Assembly (NCBI GenBank): GCA_964538855.1
Contig: CAZIEY010000002.1
Location: 219,007-253,462 of the forward strand
DNA from: an uncultured Candidatus Saccharibacteria bacterium
GTDB taxonomy: Bacteria > Patescibacteriota > Minisyncoccia > Phycocordibacterales > JAACPR01
Reading direction: 5' to 3'
Length of the DNA stretch: 34,456 nucleotides
Under the pieces are notes generated by a model. The model did no database searches. It saw nothing but the letters and a program-made list of their open reading frames with translations, and had not been told where the DNA came from. Below are positions 25,211-33,730 of this stretch, piece after piece. A program made the position numbers and the translations under genes. How positions within the stretch are numbered: position 1 is the stretch's first letter; the number at the start of each line of letters is the position of its first letter.

Positions 25211-25310
25211 CGAAAGCTCCTTGGGTTAGTTTCGGTTTTTGTCGCTCCTATAACATAGATTGACATAAACATTAGTAGGTTGTCAAATCTACTCCCTCCT
25301 CCTACACGCT

Positions 25311-26402
25311 TTAAAACAACTTCCACACATCATGCACTGTCACCACAATCATGAAAAGGATGAGAATTAAAAATCCAATTGTGTTTGCAGCATTTGCAAA
25401 TGTAGGCTTAATTTTTCGACGAGTGATACCTTCAACTGCAAGAAAAAGAAGACGGCCACCATCGAGGGCCGGAAACGGCATAATGTTTAAAACTGCGAGG
25501 TTGAGCGAGAGAAACGCAGTGAACGCAAGTACGTTCGCAAAACCAAATTTCGCTGCGGAACTCACCATATCGACAATACCAACAGGACCAGAAACTTGAT
25601 TCAAGTTGCCTGTACCAGAAAAGAGTGACCCGAGCAAAGACCCCAGACCAAAGAAAATCATTTTCAAGCCCGACCAAGTCATTTTTGCAGCTTCAATAAT
25701 TGCGAGATGAATCGGCAATGACAATTCCCCCATTCTATCCATAGAAATTCCGAGTGCTTTTGCATCACCCAAAATTCCTGAAACTGGTGCAACCTCGAAA
25801 TATTTCATTTCTGTGCCACGTGCAATATTGAGTGTAATTTGTTTATCAGTCTCTGTAATAATCTTTTTGACTTGTTCAACAAGGAGTGTATCCCCTTCGA
25901 ATTTCTCCTGTTCATTTGCGATCGACACAATACGGTCACCAGCCATAAGACCAATGCGCGCAGCTGGAGAATTCTCAACAGTGTCTGTAATCACAACGCC
26001 AGGATTTTTGATGTCAGCGACATTATCGTCAGTAATAGTAGTCGGAGCACCGCTCATCAAAATCACCACAAAAAGTGCCCACGCAAAAATAATATTGAAC
26101 ATTACGCCCGCAACGAGAACCGCCGCCTGTACCCATCGAGATTTGTTCACAAAACTATCGGTTCGCGTCGCATCGAGTGATTCTTCGTCAGGATTTTCTC
26201 CGAAAATTTTCACGTAGCCACCGAACGGAATCAAATTGAGCGAATATTTCGTCCCGCCTCTCGTGTGTGAAAAAAGCGTCGGCGGAAAACCAATTGCAAA
26301 CTCATCGACACGAATGCCGTTTTTCTTTGCGACTAAGAAGTGTCCTAGTTCATGAACAAAAATCAGTGCACCTAAGATAATTATAAAAATTATGACTGAC
26401 AT
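25311..26402 (-). CDS. rseP: RIP metalloprotease RseP (M50 site-2 protease)
   Basis: HELGHF (HExxH) lies in TM1, a central PDZ-like segment is present, and the C-terminal motif is NIMPFPALDGG. Confidence 0.9.
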   Translation of the reverse strand: MSVIIFIIILGALIFVHELGHFLVAKKNGIRVDEFAIGFPPTLFSHTRGGTKYSLNLIPFGGYVKIFGENPDEESLDATRTDSFVNKSRWVQAAVLVAGVMFNIIFAWALFVVILMSGAPTTITDDNVADIKNPGVVITDTVENSPAARIGLMAGDRIVSIANEQEKFEGDTLLVEQVKKIITETDKQITLNIARGTEMKYFEVAPVSGILGDAKALGISMDRMGELSLPIHLAIIEAAKMTWSGLKMIFFGLGSLLGSLFSGTGNLNQVSGPVGIVDMVSSAAKFGFANVLAFTAFLSLNLAVLNIMPFPALDGGRLLFLAVEGITRRKIKPTFANAANTIGFLILILFMIVVTVHDVWKLF

Positions 26403-26429
26403 AGATAATCACCATCTTACTATAAAAAC

Positions 26430-26549
26430 ACAAAATCAGAAAGTATACATTTGAAATGTCTGGTTGAGCATCAACACAAAACGCACATTCATTGCTGAAC
26501 GTGCGTGATGTGATCCGAGGACTTTCAAATGTATACTTTCTGATTTTGT
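26430..26549. repeat. 27-bp perfect inverted repeat (long hairpin) in the frr-rseP intergenic region
   Basis: ACAAAATCAGAAAGTATACATTTGAAA (26430-26456) is the exact reverse complement of 26523-26549. An inner ACGCAC...GTGCGT hairpin is also present. On the minus strand the structure is followed by GTTTTTATAG. Confidence 0.85.
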
Positions 26550-26557
26550 TATCTATA

Positions 26558-27106
26558 CTAAGACTTAATCTCAAGCTCCTTATCACTTGTCATCTTCTCG
26601 AGTTTACTTTGAGTATCATCGACCATTTTTTGCATCTCTTCTTTGAGACGGAATTTATCATCTTCGGACATACTGCCTGCTTTTTCTTGTTTTTGAATAT
26701 CAGACCAAACTTCATCGCGCTCTTTACGAAGAGAAATTTTAGCTTCTTCCAATTTTTTCTTGGCTTGTCTTACAAGCAAATCTCGTCGCTCTCCGGTCAA
26801 TTCAGGAAAAATCACGCGCATACCGGCCGCATTAGTGAGCACAGAAACGCCGAGATCTGCCATGTTAATAGACTTTTCAATCGCCGAAGATTGCGTCGCA
26901 TCAAACGGATTAATTTTCAAGGTGCGCGCATCCTCGACCGCTACTGTCGCGACCTGATTCAAAGGCATTCGAGAACCCCACGCCTCAACAAACACACTAT
27001 CAAGAAGCGCTGAAGTCGCCCGTCCGGTTCGGATCGCGAAAAATTCTTTCTTGAGCCATTCCTCTTTTTGCATCAACCCCGCCTTAAATTTTTTGAAATC
27101 GTACAT
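26558..27106 (-). CDS. frr: Ribosome recycling factor
   Basis: The 182-aa sequence shows full-length similarity to typical Frr (FFAIRTGRATSALLDSV, DLGVSV, ISLRKERDE). Confidence 0.95.
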   Translation of the reverse strand: MYDFKKFKAGLMQKEEWLKKEFFAIRTGRATSALLDSVFVEAWGSRMPLNQVATVAVEDARTLKINPFDATQSSAIEKSINMADLGVSVLTNAAGMRVIFPELTGERRDLLVRQAKKKLEEAKISLRKERDEVWSDIQKQEKAGSMSEDDKFRLKEEMQKMVDDTQSKLEKMTSDKELEIKS

Positions 27107-27118
27107 ATTTTTATTAAA

Positions 27119-27823
27119 TTATTTTTTCATTATATCAGATTTTGGAATAGTGAGCATTATATGTTCGAGAATTGTTTTCAGAGACGCACTCGGGACATTC
27201 ACAAATTGTGCGGAGCTAGCTATATCACGCAGTGGTCCAGCAATGTCTATATGCCCAGCGAGAAGTCGTCGATTCATTTCTTTGAGGATTTTCTGCACCA
27301 ATTCCCGCACATCAGATTTTGGAATTTTTTCATCTTTAATTTTTTTGAGTAAGCCTTCGACCATCGCGAGACGCTCTTTATACGACATTTGTACAATGTC
27401 AGAATAAGTCGCAATATCCGCATCGTCAGTTTTTTGAGACGTACCGATTTCCAAAAGCACTGCCCGCGACAACACTGTCGGCAAAATAATATTAATTTCC
27501 GGCACCACGAAAAAAATGTAGTTGCCAGGAATCGGCTCCTCGAGCAATTTGAGGAGCGCATTCTGAGCCTCACGCGTTGCATTTGAAAACGCGAGAATTG
27601 AAATTGAAACTTCTCCCAATTTTATTTTACGGTTTTTGGTTTCGGCGAAAAGGCGTGCTTCGTCAATCAATAGCGAATCAAAATGGTGAAAATGAAAATT
27701 TGAATTTCCGTCACATACGAAATTAAGAAGATCGACGCAAAGTTTTTTGATTTCTGAAATGGCGTGATCGCGCGGACCAACAGCGATGTTAAAGTGATGG
27801 AGATTTTTCTGGCTTGTGGTCAT
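27119..27823 (-). CDS. holB: DNA polymerase III delta-prime-like clamp-loader subunit
   Basis: NALLKLLEEPIPGNYIFFVV...ILPTVLSRAVLL is the clamp-loader sensor / SRC-like region. No P-loop is present. The start is taken at 27823 (MTTSQKNL). The ORF-track extension to 27964 overlaps the neighbouring small gene and looks spurious. Confidence 0.65.
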   Translation of the reverse strand: MTTSQKNLHHFNIAVGPRDHAISEIKKLCVDLLNFVCDGNSNFHFHHFDSLLIDEARLFAETKNRKIKLGEVSISILAFSNATREAQNALLKLLEEPIPGNYIFFVVPEINIILPTVLSRAVLLEIGTSQKTDDADIATYSDIVQMSYKERLAMVEGLLKKIKDEKIPKSDVRELVQKILKEMNRRLLAGHIDIAGPLRDIASSAQFVNVPSASLKTILEHIMLTIPKSDIMKK

Positions 27824-27908
27824 GCGACTATTATATATGGAATTGAGGGAGATTGTAAAAAAAGGACCCCACAACCGCTCATGCGATTGTGGGGGGTGTA
27901 CCAGATGG

Positions 27909-28121
27909 TCACCAACCGCCGAAGGTCGGAGGACCTTTACCGAAATTGAAGGCCCACATCGCAATTACCGCGATGGCCATGAACAAAACGCAGACAAAGA
28001 CCAGACCAAGGAAGAGGAGACCTTGAGTCTCCCCGAAAGCCCAGAAGGCCAGCCTGGCACCAGCCCAGAAGAAGGCTAGTGCTAACACTAGCAACCCTGC
28101 AATAGCAAACTTCCTTTTCAT
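27909..28121 (-). CDS. Hypothetical small membrane protein (70 aa, 2 TM)
   Basis: The start at 28121 (MKRKFAIAG) is preceded by GGGAGG 4 nt upstream. Two long hydrophobic segments are present. Confidence 0.45.
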   Translation of the reverse strand: MKRKFAIAGLLVLALAFFWAGARLAFWAFGETQGLLFLGLVFVCVLFMAIAVIAMWAFNFGKGPPTFGGW

Positions 28122-28234
28122 AGAACCTCCCATCCTCGCTTAGGTAATCGCACTCGGCGATGAATGAAGGGTAAGCGAAACCCTTTATGAAAGCCCTAAT
28201 TCACAATACTATAGTATATAAGCTAGGTCAACCC

Positions 28235-29245
28235 CTACTTTGAAATGATTGTCTTTTTGTAAGTATCTAAATGGTTAAGCGCAATCCCTGTTCCCTTCGC
28301 AACACAATAATACGGATCTTTCGCAAGATTTGCCTTTACACCCGTACGACGATAAACCAACTCCGGAAAGTTGCGCAACATCGAAGAACCACCGGTCATT
28401 GTAACGCCAGTGTCAATAATGTCTGACGCCAATTCTGGCGGAGTGTCTTGCAGCACGTCTTTAATCGCCTTAATAATTTCATAAAGTTCCTTGCTAATAG
28501 CTTTGACAATTTCATTTGTTTTAATTTCGGCAGAACGTGGAAGACCAGTTAAAAAGTCGCGACCTTTGATAGTCATCTCTAATTCGTCTTCGAGAAAAAT
28601 CGCCGATCCGATCTTGATTTTAATTTGTTCGGCAGTGCGGTCTCCAATTGCAAGGTTAAAAGTTTTTTTCACGTAATCAGAAATCGCTTGGTCGATACGA
28701 TTACCTGCGCATTTAACTGACGTCGAAGCAACGATTCCACCAAGCGAAATTACCGCAACGTCGGTTGTGCCTCCACCAATATCAACAACCATACGACCCT
28801 GCGCCTCATGAATTGGAATACCCGCCCCGAGCGCCGCCAAAATCGGTTCTTTGACTACGTATGCATTTTTTGCGCCTGCCTTTATCGCCGCTTCGATAAC
28901 CGCCCGACGTTCAGTCGACGTCACACCCGCTGGCACCGACACCATCACTTCTGGTTTGAAAAAAGAAAACTTGCCGAGTGCTTTATGAAAAAAATATGAA
29001 AGCATTGCTTCGGTCACGCGATAGTCCGCGATCACACCATCACGCATCGGTCGATACGCAATAATACTTTCCGGAGTTTTTCCAATCATGTCTTTGGCTT
29101 CGATACCAACCGCCAAAATTCTATTGTCTTGCTCGGAAACAGCAACAACCGAAGGCTCGTTCAAGACAATTCCCTTGCCTGGCACAAACACGAGCGTGTT
29201 CGCCGTTCCTAAATCAATCCCTAATTTTGGTGTGAAAAATCCCAT
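28235..29245 (-). CDS. MreB/Mbl-family actin-like protein (second paralogue)
   Basis: LGIDLGTANTLVFVPGKGIVLNEPSVVAV, DIGGGTTDVAVISLGG and MTGGSSMLRNF. The start is chosen at 29245 (MGFFTPKLGIDLGT). The ORF track starts at 29284. Confidence 0.9.
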   Translation of the reverse strand: MGFFTPKLGIDLGTANTLVFVPGKGIVLNEPSVVAVSEQDNRILAVGIEAKDMIGKTPESIIAYRPMRDGVIADYRVTEAMLSYFFHKALGKFSFFKPEVMVSVPAGVTSTERRAVIEAAIKAGAKNAYVVKEPILAALGAGIPIHEAQGRMVVDIGGGTTDVAVISLGGIVASTSVKCAGNRIDQAISDYVKKTFNLAIGDRTAEQIKIKIGSAIFLEDELEMTIKGRDFLTGLPRSAEIKTNEIVKAISKELYEIIKAIKDVLQDTPPELASDIIDTGVTMTGGSSMLRNFPELVYRRTGVKANLAKDPYYCVAKGTGIALNHLDTYKKTIISK

Positions 29246-29301
29246 AGATGCGGCAATTGTAATACTTTTTAGGTGTTTGCACAATTTGCTATACTTCCTA
29301 T

Positions 29302-31218
29302 ATGTACCTCGTCCGTGTTACCCCATTTTCTAAAAGCGTCCGCGCGGATCATTTATCGTATTTCTCAGCAAATGAAATTGCACCAGGTTCAATTGTGACG
29401 GTACCGCTCCGCAAGAAAATTATTCCAGGACTCGTCCTCGAGTGTTCACCAATCGACGACCTCAAGCAAGAAATTAAGCAATCGGAATTTGGCTTTAAAA
29501 AGATAAAAAGTGTCACGACTGGCGCACTCTTTTCTTCGAGCTTTATTAGCGCGGCACAAATGACCGCGAGATTTTTCGCGTCTTCAACCGGTTCAATCAT
29601 CAACGCACTTGTGCCACGAAATATTTTGACGCAATTTGAGATGTTTCAATTTACGACGCGTGACAATCTAAAGAAACCGGATGAAGACAAAAATAATTTA
29701 AAGTACATCATCCAAACTTCGGACGAAGAGCGATTCTCAAATTACAAAAATATTATTCGTGGAACATTCGCAAAAAATAAATCTGTATTTTTCTGTGTTC
29801 CGACGATAGAAGATGCGATGAGTGCACAAAATCGCCTCACCAAAGGTATCGAGTCAAGTTCCTTCATCATCCACAGTGGCTTAAGTAAAAAGAAACTCGA
29901 AGAGACTTGGCAAAGAATTTCAACAGAAACACGTCCGTGCGTAGTGATTGGTACTGCAAAATTTTTAGGTGTACCAATTCAAAATATGGGTACAATCATA
30001 ATTGAGCGAGAAAATTCGGTAGCATATCAAACCATGACCCGACCGTATTTTGATTTACGAAAATTTGCTGAAGCATACGCAGAGACCGCAGGTGCAACTA
30101 TATTTTTCGGTGATATGTTGCTCCGCGCTGAAACACTATGGCGATTCGATAATCAAGAACTCGTCGAATACACTCCAATAAAATTCCGATCGCTCACCAG
30201 TGCCGAAACCGAAATTGTCGACATGAAAAAAGAGCGCGAGATTTCCGGTGAAGTCAAAAAATATTCTGTACTATCGAACAAATTGGCAGAAATTGTAACG
30301 AACGCCCACACAAATAACAACCGCACATTTTTGTTTGTCTCGCGTAAAGGTCTCGCTCCGCTTGTGGTGTGCGGGGATTGTGGCACCGTTGTCACCTGCC
30401 GAACTTGTAATGCGCCTGTTGTTCTATACGGAAAAAACGCAACGGAACGTGAAAACTTTTTCAAGTGTCACTCATGCGGAGAAAAACGCCACGCCGGCGA
30501 ATTATGTAAAAAATGTGTTGGGTGGAGATTAATCACTCTCGGCATTGGTACCGAAGGTGTCGCTCAATCTATACAGGAAATTTTACCGGAAGCAAAAGTT
30601 ACAATTCTCGATAAAGACACTGCGAAAACATCGGCCAAAGCCCGTGAAATCATTTCTGAGTTTTTGAAAAATCCCCGCGGAATTTTAGTTGGGACAGAAA
30701 TGGCACTTCTCTATTTACGTGAACCAATCGAAAATGTGGGGATTGTTTCAATCGATTCAATGTTTTCATTACCTGACTTTCATATCAAAGAGCGCGTGCT
30801 CAACATTTTACTTCGTGCGCGCACTATCGCTTCACATCATTTTATTGTACAGACTCGACAAGTCGAAAATTCAATTTTTGAAGACGCAGTACGTGGCAAC
30901 CTCGCCCATTTTTATCGACAAGAATTTATTGACCGAAAAAAATTCAACTATCCTCCATTTTCAATCATTATCAAAGTCAGCGCTGCTTCCAAAGATCGCG
31001 CACATCTTGAGAAAGAATTTGCAGTACTCGAACAATATTTTGCTCCGCACCAATTTCAATACTTCCCTGCTTTTCGAGAACGAGTACGCGAATTCTATAT
31101 CATGAACGGTGTAATAAAGATTCCACGCGAAAAATGGATTGACCCCGTACTCGCTGAAAAACTGATGCATTTAGGTCCGCAATATAAAGTGGTAGTAGAT
31201 GCGGAGAGTGTGATTTAA
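29302..31218 (+). CDS. priA: Primosomal protein N' (PriA) homologue with substituted helicase ATPase motifs
   Basis: The Cys-rich region is CGDCGTVVTCRTCNAPVVLYG...FKCHSCGE...CKKC. HSGL and IGT segments and a C-terminal domain are present. QTSDEERFSNY sits where GVTGSGKTEVY is expected, and IIIERENS where VIDEEHD is expected. Confidence 0.8.
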   Translation: MYLVRVTPFSKSVRADHLSYFSANEIAPGSIVTVPLRKKIIPGLVLECSPIDDLKQEIKQSEFGFKKIKSVTTGALFSSSFISAAQMTARFFASSTGSIINALVPRNILTQFEMFQFTTRDNLKKPDEDKNNLKYIIQTSDEERFSNYKNIIRGTFAKNKSVFFCVPTIEDAMSAQNRLTKGIESSSFIIHSGLSKKKLEETWQRISTETRPCVVIGTAKFLGVPIQNMGTIIIERENSVAYQTMTRPYFDLRKFAEAYAETAGATIFFGDMLLRAETLWRFDNQELVEYTPIKFRSLTSAETEIVDMKKEREISGEVKKYSVLSNKLAEIVTNAHTNNNRTFLFVSRKGLAPLVVCGDCGTVVTCRTCNAPVVLYGKNATERENFFKCHSCGEKRHAGELCKKCVGWRLITLGIGTEGVAQSIQEILPEAKVTILDKDTAKTSAKAREIISEFLKNPRGILVGTEMALLYLREPIENVGIVSIDSMFSLPDFHIKERVLNILLRARTIASHHFIVQTRQVENSIFEDAVRGNLAHFYRQEFIDRKKFNYPPFSIIIKVSAASKDRAHLEKEFAVLEQYFAPHQFQYFPAFRERVREFYIMNGVIKIPREKWIDPVLAEKLMHLGPQYKVVVDAESVI

Positions 31219-31263
31219 ACCTTGATTTTCCCTACTTTTTTGGCATACTAACAACATCGACTT

Positions 31264-31782
31264 ATGAAGAAAATCATCCAACAAGACAACAAAATATTAC
31301 GTGCCATTGCACAAGAAGTTCCGGTCAATGAGATCCCAAGCAAAAAAGTCCAGGACATTCTGCGCGACATGAACGAAGCTCTCGCGTCACAACATGACGG
31401 CGTTGCCATTGCCGCTCCACAAATCGCCGTATCACTTCGTATCTTTTTAGTAAATCCACAAGTGTACGACACCATAAAAACAGACGGACCTCGCCCTCTC
31501 GTATTCATCAACCCACGCATTTTAAAAATGTCGCGCGACCGTAAAGCGATGTCAGAAGGTTGCCTCTCGGTGCGCCCTTGGTATGGCAAAGTAAAACGCG
31601 CAAGCAAAGCCACTGTCGAAGCGTGGAATGAACGAGGTGAAAAATTTACTATCGACGGAGTAGGACTTCTTGCACAAATTTTCCAACACGAGATTGATCA
31701 CTTGAACGGCGTACTGTTTATTGACAAAGCAAAAGATTTGCGAGAACTGCCCGGGACGGAAATTGGTGAGGGGGTGAAATAA
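31264..31782 (+). CDS. def: Peptide deformylase
   Basis: The three signature motifs are GVAIAAPQI (motif 1), EGCLS (motif 2) and HEIDHL (motif 3). Confidence 0.95.
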   Translation: MKKIIQQDNKILRAIAQEVPVNEIPSKKVQDILRDMNEALASQHDGVAIAAPQIAVSLRIFLVNPQVYDTIKTDGPRPLVFINPRILKMSRDRKAMSEGCLSVRPWYGKVKRASKATVEAWNERGEKFTIDGVGLLAQIFQHEIDHLNGVLFIDKAKDLRELPGTEIGEGVK

Positions 31783-31871
31783 TTAATTTTTATAAAATTG
31801 ACAAATAGCTCATAAATAGGTACAGTATATTTGTTGTTCTTTTTTGTGTCTCAAAACTCAGGAGAAAACTA

Positions 31872-32453
31872 GTGAATATCTGGAATTGGATTGCTAACAG
31901 CACGGCGGTCGTGTTGTATGTCTGCGTGTGGTTTCTTGTGACCAGGTCTCAGACGAAGCAAAGCTTCGCCTCGTGGATATTATGGGCGACAATCGACACT
32001 GTTGCGGCTGCAGCGATTATCTGCAAAGGTGGCAACTTCGAATTGCCGACGGTGTATTCCGTTGGCAGTATCGTCATTGCAGCATCGCTTTTCATGAAAA
32101 GAGAGTATGGGTGGCGAAGGTTTGACTCATATGTCACCGCACTCGTGTTGATTTGCATCGTGATATGGTGGCAAGCAGGTCCTGTCGCCGCGGTGGTTGC
32201 AAGTTCAATTGCTATGTTCATCGCAGGCCTACCAATGCTGCGCGATGCGTACGAATCACCGTTCGATGTGCCAGTGGTGGTGTACATCCTGGCGACAATC
32301 GGAAACTTGTGCGGGGTTGTTGCCGGTAAAAACTGGAGTGTCCAGGAGCGGCTATATCCACTTCTGGCATTTGCGTACACCCTGATACTTGTGATCATCA
32401 TATATTGGAGACGAATCTCTATGCTTCGACAGCAAAGAAACTCGTCACGCTGA
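31872..32453 (+). CDS. Hypothetical integral membrane protein (about 6 TM)
   Basis: A GTG start lies 7 nt after AGGAG. An upstream TTGACA-17-TACAGT promoter and a strong terminator downstream are present. I recognise no family. Confidence 0.6.
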   Translation: MNIWNWIANSTAVVLYVCVWFLVTRSQTKQSFASWILWATIDTVAAAAIICKGGNFELPTVYSVGSIVIAASLFMKREYGWRRFDSYVTALVLICIVIWWQAGPVAAVVASSIAMFIAGLPMLRDAYESPFDVPVVVYILATIGNLCGVVAGKNWSVQERLYPLLAFAYTLILVIIIYWRRISMLRQQRNSSR

Positions 32454-32470
32454 GCCCCAAAGTTCAGTGA

Positions 32471-32520
32471 AAGGTCCGGACAAACATCCGGACCTTGTCT
32501 TATTTCACTTTATTTTTGTT
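32471..32520 (+). terminator. Rho-independent terminator
   Basis: AAGGTCCGGA-CAAACA-TCCGGACCTT (10-bp stem) followed by a T-rich tract. Confidence 0.75.
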
Positions 32521-32553
32521 CTTTTTTTTGTCATACTAATCACAACTAACTTC

Positions 32554-33426
32554 ATGAAACCAAACTTTGCCTTTTTCGGAACAGACTCATTCAGCGTCAC
32601 AGTGCTCGACTGTTTGCAACAATCCGGACTTGTGCCGACATTAATTGTGACTGCGCCTGACCGCCCTGCCGGCCGGGGTCACACCATGCAATCTCCTGCT
32701 GCGAAATTGTGGGCAGACAAAAATAATGTACCGGTGATGCAACCAGAAAAACTGGATGCGGATTTTATCGCGGCACTCTCTGCAAAAAGTTTCGATGTAT
32801 TCGCGCTCGCGTCGTATGGAAAAATCGTGCCTCAGGCAGTGCTCGACATTCCCAAAAAAGGTGTGCTCAATGTACACCCGTCGTTGTTGCCGAAATATCG
32901 CGGCGCAAGTCCTATCGAAAGCGCAATGCTTGCCGATGATCGCGAAACCGGTGTGACCATTATGCTCATGGATTCAAAGATGGATCATGGGCCGATTGTG
33001 GCTCAGGAAAAAGTTTTCTTCGCGGAATGGCCGAGCAAAGCAAAAGTCGAAGAAGAGTTAGCGAATTTAGGTGGACAGATGTTGGCACGAGCTCTGCCAC
33101 AATGGGTGTTGGGCGCAGTCGAAGCACTAGAACAAAATCACGACGTGGCGACATTTACAAAAAAGATTTCAAAGGAAGACGGTGCGGTGGAATTTGCAAC
33201 ATTGTTCGAAGTCGCGAATGCTCGCAAAAATTTTCTAAAAATTAAAGCTCTCAATCCGTGGCCTGGCGTATTTTTCTTTTATCCTCACGGAGGTCGTGAC
33301 ATGCGTGTGAAAATTATCGACGCTGATTTTACAAACGGCGCATTATCAATCAAGCGCGTCATTCCCGAAGGTCGCAAAGAAATGAGTTGGGAGGATTTTC
33401 AAAAAGGGTTCATAATACACAACTAG
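32554..33426 (+). CDS. fmt: Methionyl-tRNA formyltransferase
   Basis: FFGTDSFS, NVHPSLLPKYRGASPIE and the C-terminal domain are present. The start at 32554 (MKPNFAFFGT) lies after the terminator. The ORF-track start at 32467 would span that terminator. Confidence 0.9.
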   Translation: MKPNFAFFGTDSFSVTVLDCLQQSGLVPTLIVTAPDRPAGRGHTMQSPAAKLWADKNNVPVMQPEKLDADFIAALSAKSFDVFALASYGKIVPQAVLDIPKKGVLNVHPSLLPKYRGASPIESAMLADDRETGVTIMLMDSKMDHGPIVAQEKVFFAEWPSKAKVEEELANLGGQMLARALPQWVLGAVEALEQNHDVATFTKKISKEDGAVEFATLFEVANARKNFLKIKALNPWPGVFFFYPHGGRDMRVKIIDADFTNGALSIKRVIPEGRKEMSWEDFQKGFIIHN

Positions 33427-33520
33427 TACTGGACTTTTTTTACATATATGTTACTATATGCGACGGTCAAACGCACAACCAGGTGCGTCGCCGTTCTTTG
33501 TTTGATAAGGAGTTTTTTTC

Positions 33521-33655
33521 ATGTCTTCTCGTCGAAGATGGAACCAGGTAGGACTCAAACCCGACCAAATCGTCCCCGCGATAATTGGTCTTCTCGTACT
33601 GATTTTTCTGACCTGGGCTATGTGCACAGGGATAGCCGGTGGTTTTCGTTGGTAG
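33521..33655 (+). CDS. Hypothetical 44-aa single-pass membrane peptide
   Basis: An AAGGAG SD lies 7 nt upstream of the ATG. The peptide MSSRRRWNQVGLKPDQIVPAIIGLLVLIFLTWAMCTGIAGGFRW has a basic N-terminus followed by one TM. A terminator follows. Confidence 0.4.
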   Translation: MSSRRRWNQVGLKPDQIVPAIIGLLVLIFLTWAMCTGIAGGFRW

Positions 33656-33674
33656 CCCAACAAAAACCCCTGCC

Positions 33675-33710
33675 AAAAACCGCGTCGCCCTACAGCGCCG
33701 CGGTTTTTTC
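33675..33710. terminator. Bidirectional Rho-independent terminator
   Basis: AAAAACCGCG...CGCGGTTTTTT lies between the 44-aa ORF (+) and hpf (-). Confidence 0.6.
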
Positions 33711-33730
33711 TATTAATACCCTTATCATGA

